Shown here piece by piece: positions 29,196 through 37,669 of a stretch of 64,000 nt of DNA. This DNA is from Anaerolineae bacterium. Lineage in GTDB: Bacteria; Chloroflexota; Anaerolineae; UBA1429. The translations under genes and the position numbers were made by a program. A model generated the notes under the pieces. That model ran no database searches. It was given only the letters and a program-made list of their open reading frames with translations, and was not told the DNA's origin. Within the stretch, counting starts at the first letter, position 1, and every line of letters starts with the position of its first letter. Location: the NCBI GenBank assembly GCA_963675785.1, contig OY776562.1, positions 1,600,001 through 1,664,000 on the forward strand. The letters are read 5' to 3'.

Positions 29196-31232
29196 ATGCA
29201 AAAGGTTACACGTCGAGAGTTTGTAAGGGTTACGGCCCTGACGGCTGCCGCAACTGTGGCCGCCGCTTGTTCACAGGCTACCTCCACCCCCGCCCCCACC
29301 ACTGCAGCAGAAGCAACCGCCACAACGGCAACCGAAGCGACCGCCGCACCTGAAGCCACCACAGCCCCTGAGTCCACAACAGCCACATCCGTCTATAGCG
29401 AAGCGCCTTCCCTTGCCGAACTGGTCGCTTCTGGCGATCTTCCTTCTGTTGAGGAGCGCCTCCCCGAAAACCCAGATATTCAAGAGGTTCCCGATGCAAT
29501 CGGCGTCTATGGCGGAACCTGGCGCCGTGGCTTTAGCGGCGTCTCGGATGCCAACGGCCCTAGCAAGTTGAACAACAACAATCTCACCTGGTACGGCCTG
29601 GATTTGAGCGTGCGCGCCAGTTTGGCCGAGTCATGGAGCATCAACGACGACGCCAGTGAGTGGACCTTCAACCTGCGCAAAGGCACCAAGTGGTCCGATG
29701 GCAGCAATTTCACCAGTGCGGACTTTATCTGGTACTGGCAGTATCAACTCCAAAACACAGATCTGACTTCTACTCCGCCTAGCCAGTTCTCTACTGGCAG
29801 CCCACTTGTACTCAGCCAGTGGAGCGCTCCTGATGACTATACTGTCATCTTTACCTTCCAGGACCCCTACCCGCTCTTCCACTACAAGGTCATCGGTCAC
29901 CAGAATCAACCCTTCCGCCACGGCGACTATATGAGCAAATTCCACATCGACTTTACCGATGCGGATACACTGGCAGCCATGGCCACTGAGGCTGGTCAGG
30001 ATGGTTGGGCTTCTCTCTATGACTATCATGATGACTGGTATATGGATACCGAGCGTCCAACAATAAATCCTTGGATGCCAACCAACACCCTCGATAACGA
30101 GCTATTCATCCTGGAGCGCAACCCCTACTTTTGGCAGGTCGATGCCGAAGGCAATCAGCTGCCCTATATCGACAAAGTAACCCACCGTCTGTACGAAACA
30201 GCCGATGTATTCAACATGTGGATCGTCAATGGCGAAATTGACTGCCAGTCTCGAGGTGTTGATCTGGGCAACTATACTCTTTTCAAGGAAAGTGAAGAGT
30301 CGGGCGACTTTGCCGTCATGACAGGTGTTTCTGCTTCGCATTTCTGCTTTACGCCAAACAACGCTTGTGTCGATACTCGTCTCCGCGAGTTCCTCGGCGA
30401 CGTGAGCGTCCGCAAGGCTTTCTCCTTGGCTGCTAACCGCGATGAAATCAACGAACTGATCTACAACGGTATGGGGACTTCTCGCCAATACAGCCCACTG
30501 AGCATGTCGCCCAGTTTTTATGCTGACCAGGCCTATGCCTATATCGATTACGATCCCGATGAAGCTAGCACCCTCCTCGACGAGGCTGGCTATTCTGAGA
30601 AGGATGCCGAAGGCTACCGCACATACAAGGACGGCTCGGGAGAGACCATCTCTCTGACCATCGAGGGTACTGCCGAGACTGGTTCGACCGATGAGGACGG
30701 CATTCAATTACTCGTTAGCTACTTTGGCGAAGTAGGCATCAAGACCCAGTACAAGTACGTCGAGCGCTCGCTTTACACCGAGCACTATGAATCCAATCAG
30801 GTTGTTGCCACCTGTTGGGGTGGTGATCGCACGGTTATGCCCATCGTTACCCCCACCATCTTTGATGGCACAACCACCGACCGCCCATGGGCTGGCGCCT
30901 GGGGCCTATGGCGCAACGACACTGGCGACCCGAACGGCGAAGAACCTGCTGCGGATCACTGGATCTGGACGATCTGGAACGCCATCGACGCTATCGCTGT
31001 CGAGCCTGATGAGGATACCCGCAGTGAATTGTTCCAGACGGGTGTGTTGGATGTCTGGAAGGAACAACTGCCCATGATCGGCTACATCGGCGAACTGCCA
31101 GCGTTGACCATCGTCAAGAATGGTATGCGCAACTACCTTGCTGGCTATCCCAACGATGACATCACCAAGAGCGAGCACATTCTGCCCGCACAGACCCTCT
31201 TCTGGGAAGTTCCTGAAGATCATACCTCCTGA
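29196..31232 (+). CDS. SBP8: family-5 ABC solute-binding Tat-lipoprotein
   Basis: MQKVTRREF, lipobox AAAC and family motifs. Confidence 0.93.
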   Translation: MQKVTRREFVRVTALTAAATVAAACSQATSTPAPTTAAEATATTATEATAAPEATTAPESTTATSVYSEAPSLAELVASGDLPSVEERLPENPDIQEVPDAIGVYGGTWRRGFSGVSDANGPSKLNNNNLTWYGLDLSVRASLAESWSINDDASEWTFNLRKGTKWSDGSNFTSADFIWYWQYQLQNTDLTSTPPSQFSTGSPLVLSQWSAPDDYTVIFTFQDPYPLFHYKVIGHQNQPFRHGDYMSKFHIDFTDADTLAAMATEAGQDGWASLYDYHDDWYMDTERPTINPWMPTNTLDNELFILERNPYFWQVDAEGNQLPYIDKVTHRLYETADVFNMWIVNGEIDCQSRGVDLGNYTLFKESEESGDFAVMTGVSASHFCFTPNNACVDTRLREFLGDVSVRKAFSLAANRDEINELIYNGMGTSRQYSPLSMSPSFYADQAYAYIDYDPDEASTLLDEAGYSEKDAEGYRTYKDGSGETISLTIEGTAETGSTDEDGIQLLVSYFGEVGIKTQYKYVERSLYTEHYESNQVVATCWGGDRTVMPIVTPTIFDGTTTDRPWAGAWGLWRNDTGDPNGEEPAADHWIWTIWNAIDAIAVEPDEDTRSELFQTGVLDVWKEQLPMIGYIGELPALTIVKNGMRNYLAGYPNDDITKSEHILPAQTLFWEVPEDHTS

Positions 31233-31242
31233 TAGACGCAAC

Positions 31243-31278
31243 AAAAAGAAGGGGCAGCGTTTTGCTGCCCCTTCTTTT
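31243..31278. terminator. Bidirectional terminator after SBP8
   Basis: AAAAGAAGGGGCAGC-GTTTT-GCTGCCCCTTCTTTT. Confidence 0.88.
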
Positions 31279-31354
31279 CATCTTGCTCTCACACCCCACC
31301 ACAGACAAAGGCACTCCATGGAACGCTCCTTGTGATCAAATCATCAGCTTGGCT

Positions 31355-32608
31355 CTACCAGCGCAGCCCTCTTAGGTCCAGTGTGGCATCCTGAGAGGCG
31401 GTGACGATGGTCGTGCCATCAGGAGACCAAGTGACGGCCGTCACGGTATCGTCCTGAGCGATCTTTTGAGAAAGAAGTTTGCCAGCGGCAGCGTCCAGAA
31501 TGGCCACACTGGCGCTTACATCATTGGTTGAATAGAACTCGTTGGATGAATCCTCTGCCAAAAAGCCTCCCACTGTGCCCACGACAATCAGGCTGCCATC
31601 AGGAGAAAAGCCAACGGCCGAGATGCGCCCATACAGTGCCGTTTCGTTCAGAACCTGGAAGGTGCTGGCATCCAGACGGGTTACGAGCTGATCGCCACCT
31701 ACGGCCAGCACATCGGCATCAGGCGAAAAGGCCACTTGCGTGCCCGACACATCGAGGGAGCGAACGCTGCCATTCTGCAGAAGGTAGACGCCTCCATTTT
31801 CATCGGCACCCGCCAACAGCATATCACCAGTCGACACCTGCCCATAGGAAACAGAATCGACAGCCGCCTCGCCTGTGGCATATTCATAAAGCAGCGTGCC
31901 CTGAGAGAGATCTAGCTCTAAAGCACGCCCTCCTACACCCGCTGCCAGCCTCTGGCCGTCGGGAGATGCATCCAGCGCATAGACGTACTCACCAAGGCCC
32001 AATAAGAGCTGTGGTTCAGACTCGTCAGGGTTCCACGTCCAGATGGCTCCGGCGAAATCAGACACATACAAATGCGAACCATCAGCAGACCAAGCCAGCG
32101 CTGATGCTCCCTCAGGTAGATCGATGGAGCTGTAAACGCTGGCGCCATCCCAAAGAATGACCAGGCCATCAGCGCCGCAAGAAGCGAACTTGTCCTCATA
32201 AATGCTGCCCGCTGGTGCATAGGCAGCATCCCATACAATAGCATCGTGCTCGCGCAAAGTGCGGATCAACACAGCACTCTGGGCATTTTCCACGGTAAGC
32301 GGCGTTCTTGGAAGCGGCCAAAACTGCACACGCCCTGTTAAGAGCAGAACAATGAACGCGACAGCAATGAGACAGAGGAATACAGAACGATAGACGCGTA
32401 GACTCTGGCGGCGATGCTCGATAAGTGAGGCCTCCACAGCCTGGAATGCCTCAGCCAAGCCAGGCGTATTGGGATTGCGACGTTGTATACGCCGCAGCAG
32501 GCTCTTAGCCTTGCGCGGACTTCCCCCAATCAGCGGGCGCACAGAACTGAGAGTTGGATTACGGCGATCTTTGGCGCTGGGGTGCACGATACGACCTTGA
32601 TTAGACAC
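31355..32608 (-). CDS. Membrane-anchored WD40-repeat protein
   Basis: One TM helix, then WD-like repeats (ASCGADGLVILWD, LAWSADGS, FSPDGS, VTWSPDGTTIVTASQD); GGAGGTG RBS before GTG 32608. Confidence 0.82.
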   Translation of the reverse strand: MSNQGRIVHPSAKDRRNPTLSSVRPLIGGSPRKAKSLLRRIQRRNPNTPGLAEAFQAVEASLIEHRRQSLRVYRSVFLCLIAVAFIVLLLTGRVQFWPLPRTPLTVENAQSAVLIRTLREHDAIVWDAAYAPAGSIYEDKFASCGADGLVILWDGASVYSSIDLPEGASALAWSADGSHLYVSDFAGAIWTWNPDESEPQLLLGLGEYVYALDASPDGQRLAAGVGGRALELDLSQGTLLYEYATGEAAVDSVSYGQVSTGDMLLAGADENGGVYLLQNGSVRSLDVSGTQVAFSPDADVLAVGGDQLVTRLDASTFQVLNETALYGRISAVGFSPDGSLIVVGTVGGFLAEDSSNEFYSTNDVSASVAILDAAAGKLLSQKIAQDDTVTAVTWSPDGTTIVTASQDATLDLRGLRW

Positions 32609-32802
32609 AGAAAAACACCTCCACACGTAGGTGCCTGCCAGCGCAATTGTAAGAGCAGGGATTGTGATTCGCAAATGATAGCCTGTTCTACGTTGTTTTG
32701 CCTCGGCCCCTCGACGTTAATGCCCGGAATGCTTATAATGACGACGGGAAAAATTGTTCACGTCATGCTCAATCTACGCAACGAAGCGAGGTGCAACGCT
32801 TT

Positions 32803-33600
32803 ATGTCCGAGCCCGTGTATATCGATCTTTGGCCCACAGGATCAGCCAACGCAGTTGAGACGCAGGACGTTCTACCTCACATTGAGGTTTATCTACCGCA
32901 AGGCAAAAGCGATACACCGCGCTCGGCTGTGGTAGTATGCCCCGGTGGCGGCTATGCAAAACGTGCCCCACACGAAGGCGCACCTTTTGCTGAACTCTTT
33001 GCCGCCCAGGGAATCGTGGGCATTGTATGTCATTACCGGGTTTGGCCGCATACCTACCCGGCTCCCCAAGCCGATGCAGCCCGGGCAATGCGCCTGGTAC
33101 GCAGCAAGGCGGCCGATTTCAATATTGACCCTGAAAAGATCGCCATTATGGGATTCTCCGCCGGGGGGCATTTGGCCTCCAGCATCGCGGTGCAACCCAA
33201 CCTGTATCATGATCCCGACGATGACTTGATTGACAAATTTAGCGCCCGCCCAAACCGCGCTATCCTCTGCTATCCGGTGCTTTCCATGGTGAAAGAGTAT
33301 CATCATGGCTCTGCCGAAAACCTGCTCGGTGTCAATGCCAGTGAAGTGCAGCGCCGGCAGATGAGCTCTGAACTGCAGGTTAATGCCGATACGCCGCCAA
33401 CATTCCTCTTTCACACGGCAGATGATGCTTCTGTTCCCGTAAGCAACAGCCTACGTTTTGCCAGTGCCTGCATAGAGCATGGCATCTCTATTGAATTGCA
33501 TGTCTATCCGCATGGCCGCCACGGCGTGGGGTTGGCTTATGATGAGCCGACACTCAAAGGCTGGTCTTTGCTATTGCTGGATTGGCTGGCTCGCTGGTAG
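32803..33600 (+). CDS. Alpha/beta hydrolase (acetyl/feruloyl esterase-like), third paralog
   Basis: CPGGGY, GFSAGGHLA, PPTFLFHTADDASVP, HGVG. Confidence 0.9.
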   Translation: MSEPVYIDLWPTGSANAVETQDVLPHIEVYLPQGKSDTPRSAVVVCPGGGYAKRAPHEGAPFAELFAAQGIVGIVCHYRVWPHTYPAPQADAARAMRLVRSKAADFNIDPEKIAIMGFSAGGHLASSIAVQPNLYHDPDDDLIDKFSARPNRAILCYPVLSMVKEYHHGSAENLLGVNASEVQRRQMSSELQVNADTPPTFLFHTADDASVPVSNSLRFASACIEHGISIELHVYPHGRHGVGLAYDEPTLKGWSLLLLDWLARW

Positions 33601-33675
33601 TGTGAATAGCAGATAGCTTTTTTGTGTTAGCAAGAATGGACTCTGTCTTTCGACAAAGGCAATGAGGAGGACGAC

Positions 33676-34314
33676 GTGACAGATTTGTACCTAACACTAG
33701 TCGTAGCTATCTCGGGATTCATCTGCATCAATGCTATGGAACGGGATAACAGGCGCATCGTCTATATCGCCAAACCTTTGACGACCCTGTTGATCATTAT
33801 CCTGGCAGTGCTGAACGCTAACCGTGGGGGAAACTGGGGTGGAACCTCCATCGCCATACTCGTCGGTTTGGTGTTTTCGGTGGGGGGCGACATCTTTTTG
33901 ATGTTGCCAAATGACCAATTCATGCCAGGGATGGCTTGCTTTGCTGCGGCACAGATATCGTATATCGTCGGATTCTCTTGGGGGCAAGCATTTTGGGGAT
34001 TGCCGCTGCTGCTGGTAGCTCTACTCGTCTATGGCGTTTATATCTATTCCATGCTGGCAGAAAAGCTCGATAGCCTGCGTATACCGATTATCATTTACAT
34101 CACGCTCATCCTTGTCATGGCATGGCGGGCGATTCTCTATGCGAGCAATACGGATATGGCCGGCGCCTGGACTGCCGGACTCGGCGCGTTGTTCTTTGTA
34201 GCATCAGATTCTCTCTTGGCGCTAAATCGCTTTAACAAACCTATTCATCATCACCCGACATGGGTGCTAACAACGTATTATGTGGCACAGTGGCTAATCG
34301 CTATTTCTTTGTGA
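33676..34314 (+). CDS. YhhN/TMEM86 lysoplasmalogenase-family membrane protein
   Basis: KP, GDIFLM, GALFFVASDSLLA, TYYVAQWLI. Confidence 0.9.
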   Translation: MTDLYLTLVVAISGFICINAMERDNRRIVYIAKPLTTLLIIILAVLNANRGGNWGGTSIAILVGLVFSVGGDIFLMLPNDQFMPGMACFAAAQISYIVGFSWGQAFWGLPLLLVALLVYGVYIYSMLAEKLDSLRIPIIIYITLILVMAWRAILYASNTDMAGAWTAGLGALFFVASDSLLALNRFNKPIHHHPTWVLTTYYVAQWLIAISL

Positions 34315-34320
34315 GGTGTT

Positions 34321-34977
34321 ATGGAACTCTTGCTAATTCGGCACGGAGACCCAGATTACGATATGGACGCGCTTACCCCGCGAGGCCATGAAGAAGCGCG
34401 GTTACTTGGCGAGTATCTAGCCGGGCGGCGCATCGATCGCATCTACATGTCGCCGCGAGGACGGGCGCTGCTCACCGCAGGCTATACCCTACGCGAACGC
34501 AACGACGTGGCCTGCGTGCTGCCTTGGCTGGCAGAACTACACGGCAAATATGCCGAAGGTAAATACGCCTGGAACATGTCGGCCCCAGAGGTTCTGGCCG
34601 CAAAGCCCTCTTACACCCGGGATGATTGGGACAAACGCATTGAATATGGCCCCGTCATCGAGCCGCAGGCCCATATTTTGTGGAGCGCACTGGATGCCTT
34701 TTTAGCTGAGCATGGCTATGCCCGGCGCGAAAACCGCTACCGCGTGGCCCAGCACAGCGACGAAGTCTATGCCTTTTTCTGCCACGCGGGCGTCATCCAC
34801 ACTATACTTGCTCATCTTTTGCAGATATCTCTGCCGGTGGCCTACAGCCAGTTCCGCATCAGCCCTTCAGCCATCACTACACTGGAAACGCAAGAGGAGG
34901 GCAGTTGGGCGGGGTTCCGTCTAACAAGTTTCAACGATCTATGCCATCTTCACTGTGCATCTCAGGAGGCAACATGA
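34321..34977 (+). CDS. Histidine phosphatase (phosphoglycerate-mutase superfamily)
   Basis: LIRHGDPDY, SPRGRA, FCHAGVI. Confidence 0.9.
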   Translation: MELLLIRHGDPDYDMDALTPRGHEEARLLGEYLAGRRIDRIYMSPRGRALLTAGYTLRERNDVACVLPWLAELHGKYAEGKYAWNMSAPEVLAAKPSYTRDDWDKRIEYGPVIEPQAHILWSALDAFLAEHGYARRENRYRVAQHSDEVYAFFCHAGVIHTILAHLLQISLPVAYSQFRISPSAITTLETQEEGSWAGFRLTSFNDLCHLHCASQEAT

Positions 34978-36233
34978 TCATCCAAATGACGCGCGATCAG
35001 GCCTCAACCGCGTCTAGCATTCAAGCGACAATCGACAGTCTAGGACCACAAGGCGGCACTGTGGTACTGCCAGAAGGCGAATTCCTCCTCGATCGCGGGC
35101 TGGAGCTGCATCCCGATGTATGCCTTGAGGGCAAGGGACAAAACACCCTGCTGCGCAAAGCCCCCGGACGTGTCTATCCACTGGCAGGGTACCACAACTA
35201 TGGCATGATGGATGTACCTCTAGTACATACCAAAGGTCTTGAGCCCGGCATGACAGTAGCTATCCGCGATGATGTGCGCAGAGGATGCAACGAGACCCTG
35301 GCACGCATCACCTGGGTAGACGATGGCTGGGTGGGACTGGATAGAGGTATTGAATCTGACTATTACGAGCAGGCAAATGCGGCGCTGGTAACAGCCTATC
35401 CACTGGTATTCGGCCGGGGCTCCCACGGAGCAGCCCTGCGTAACCTCTGCCTGGACGGCGCCAAAGAGACCCAGGAAGCAGGTATCGGTACCTGCCGCGG
35501 AGCAGCCATCTACTTTTACCAGGCAGATGGCGTTGTGATGGAGAACGTGCTGGAACGCAGCTTTATGGGCGACGGTACTGTGCTGCTCATGTGCAGCCAT
35601 ATAACGTTGCGCCAATGCGCATTCAACGAAAACACAGGCAATGGTTTCCATCCCGGTGCAGGCAGCACTAACGCCCTATTTGAAGACTGTGCCGCCTCGG
35701 ATAATGGTGGCAGCGGCTTTTTCTTTTGCGTGCGCGCCAATCACATCACCGTTCAGCACTGCGACTTTGAGCGAAACGGCAAAGAGGGCGTATCCATTGG
35801 CAAACGCGATTGCAACAACCTCATCAAAGATTGCCGTATCTTAAATAACGGCGGGCCGGGCGTTGGTTTTCGCGGTGAGCCTCGCCCAGTGGAAGAGCAT
35901 TCGGTACGCGTCGAACGATGCGACATCGGGAATAATTGCCAGACCGAAGGCATGGGACAAGTGGTGCTGGGGCAAACCACGCATGATGTAACCCTTATCA
36001 ACAATTGCATCAGTGGCGCAACGGCGGGCGTTTATGCTAATGAGGGTGCAGAGCGCATCTACCTACAAAACAATGCCTTTGTGGGGGTTACATCAGAACG
36101 CCGTGGTTCAGCCGCGGCATGGACGGAACAAGAGCCAGCTTTTGCCTACGGCCATGATGCCGCTACGGATCGGGAACTGCGTCACCTCGCTGCATACCTC
36201 AGGAGGCAATATGAAAATCAAACTGACGCCTGA
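34974..36233 (+). CDS. Right-handed parallel beta-helix (pectate-lyase-like) protein, copy 1
   Basis: IQATIDSL...GGTVVLPEGEF N-terminus; N-G-x-G beta-helix repeats; AGGAGG before ATG 34974. Confidence 0.82.
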   Translation: MIIQMTRDQASTASSIQATIDSLGPQGGTVVLPEGEFLLDRGLELHPDVCLEGKGQNTLLRKAPGRVYPLAGYHNYGMMDVPLVHTKGLEPGMTVAIRDDVRRGCNETLARITWVDDGWVGLDRGIESDYYEQANAALVTAYPLVFGRGSHGAALRNLCLDGAKETQEAGIGTCRGAAIYFYQADGVVMENVLERSFMGDGTVLLMCSHITLRQCAFNENTGNGFHPGAGSTNALFEDCAASDNGGSGFFFCVRANHITVQHCDFERNGKEGVSIGKRDCNNLIKDCRILNNGGPGVGFRGEPRPVEEHSVRVERCDIGNNCQTEGMGQVVLGQTTHDVTLINNCISGATAGVYANEGAERIYLQNNAFVGVTSERRGSAAAWTEQEPAFAYGHDAATDRELRHLAAYLRRQYENQTDA

Positions 36234-37446
36234 TCAGGCCTCGACAGCGACCGGTATTCAGAAAGCCATCGACAGTCTAGACTCCCAAGGCGGAACTGTG
36301 GTACTGCCAGAAGGCGAATTCACCCTCGACCGCGGGCTAGAGCTGCATTCCGACGTATGCCTTGAGGGCCAGGGGAAAAACACGTTGCTTCGCAAAGCCC
36401 CCGGGCGCGTCTATCCTCTGGCAGGGTACCACAACTATGGCATGATGGATGTGCCCCTCGAATCTACAGAAGGTTTGCAACCTGGTATGACGGTAGCAAT
36501 TCGTGATGATGCGCATGGTGGCTTTAACGAAACTATGGCACGCATCACCTGGGTAGATAATGGCTGGGTGGGACTAGATAGAGGCATTGAATCTGACTAT
36601 TACGAACAGGCTAACGCCGTGTTGGTAACGGCCTATCCACTGGTATTTGGCCTGGGTGCTCATGGAGCCACCCTGCGAAACTTGTGCCTGGACGGCGCAA
36701 AAGAGACGCAAGAAGCCGGAATCGGCGCTTGCCGGGGCTCGGCCATCTATTTTTACCAAACCGATGGCATTACTGTGGAAAACGTAATTGAGCATGGTTT
36801 TATGGGCGAGGGCATTGGTTTTCAGATGTGTGCCCATACTGCCATTCGCCGTTGTACGTTTAACGAAAATACCGGCAATGGCCTCCACCCCGGTGCTGGC
36901 AGCACCATCGCCCTCCTGGAAGAGTGTACAGCCCTGGATAACGGCAGCAGCGGCTTTTTCTTTTGCGTGAGAGCCAATCATATTACCGTACAGCACTGCC
37001 GCTTTGGGCGCAACGGCAAAGAGGGTATCTCCATTGGCAAACGCGATTGCTATAATCTCATCCAGGATTGCTATATCTATGAGAATGCTGGCCCAGGCAT
37101 CGGCTTTCGAGGAGATCCTCAACCTGTGGAAGAACATTCCATACGCATTGAGCAATGCGACATACGCGACAACTGTGCAAGCGAAGGCAAAGGGCAGATC
37201 GAGCTGGGGCCGGCCACGCATGATGTGGTCATTACCAATTGCCACATCCGCGGCAAAACACCGGGCATCTATGCCAACGAGGGCGCAGAGCGCATCTACC
37301 TACAAGGCAACGCCTTTGAGGTGGGCTCAATAGAACGCGATGGCTCAACCACTGCATGGGCGGAACAGGAGCCGGCCTTTGCATGTGGCCGCGATACTGC
37401 TGTTGCTCAGAATCTGCGCCATTTGAGCGGCTATCTGCGCTCCTAA
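36211..37446 (+). CDS. Right-handed parallel beta-helix protein, copy 2
   Basis: Close tandem paralog of copy 1; AGGAGG before ATG 36211. Confidence 0.82.
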   Translation: MKIKLTPDQASTATGIQKAIDSLDSQGGTVVLPEGEFTLDRGLELHSDVCLEGQGKNTLLRKAPGRVYPLAGYHNYGMMDVPLESTEGLQPGMTVAIRDDAHGGFNETMARITWVDNGWVGLDRGIESDYYEQANAVLVTAYPLVFGLGAHGATLRNLCLDGAKETQEAGIGACRGSAIYFYQTDGITVENVIEHGFMGEGIGFQMCAHTAIRRCTFNENTGNGLHPGAGSTIALLEECTALDNGSSGFFFCVRANHITVQHCRFGRNGKEGISIGKRDCYNLIQDCYIYENAGPGIGFRGDPQPVEEHSIRIEQCDIRDNCASEGKGQIELGPATHDVVITNCHIRGKTPGIYANEGAERIYLQGNAFEVGSIERDGSTTAWAEQEPAFACGRDTAVAQNLRHLSGYLRS

Positions 37447-37452
37447 CATCAG

Positions 37453-37496
37453 AAAAGGAAAAAGCCCCTGTCGATGACAGGGGCTTTTTCCTTTTT
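37453..37496 (+). terminator. Rho-independent terminator
   Basis: AAAAGGAAAAAGCCCCTGTC-GAT-GACAGGGGCTTTTTCCTTTTT. Confidence 0.88.
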
Positions 37497-37669
37497 AGAG
37501 CCTGCATCCAACGTAAAGTTTCTGTAAATTATGAAAATAAGTGATTTTACTGCTGTATAATGCACAAAGTGTCGATAAGCTGAATATCCAGTATCTACTC
37601 AGCATTGGTGTGAATCAGCCACTTACACATCAGTCGGCAGTTCTGATATGCACTAAACGGGAGAATGAT

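Noticed and set aside
9353-31232. Diversity-generating retroelement or invertase-driven shuffling as the source of SBP variation
   Set aside because: No reverse transcriptase or recombinase is in the window, the differences are not adenine-restricted, and all copies are co-oriented.
9353-31232. SBP array as a simple assembly duplication
   Set aside because: The copies differ throughout, including at synonymous sites, and have unique intergenic regions and terminators. A read check is still advisable.
9758-31244. Many long antisense and alternate-frame ORFs over the SBP genes (e.g. 25703..26464, 28131..28847)
   Set aside because: They are shadow ORFs from codon bias that recur at paralogous positions, with no recognisable motifs.
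31318-31331. LacI operator-like ATGGAACGCTCCTT
   Set aside because: Poor palindrome, located between convergent gene ends.
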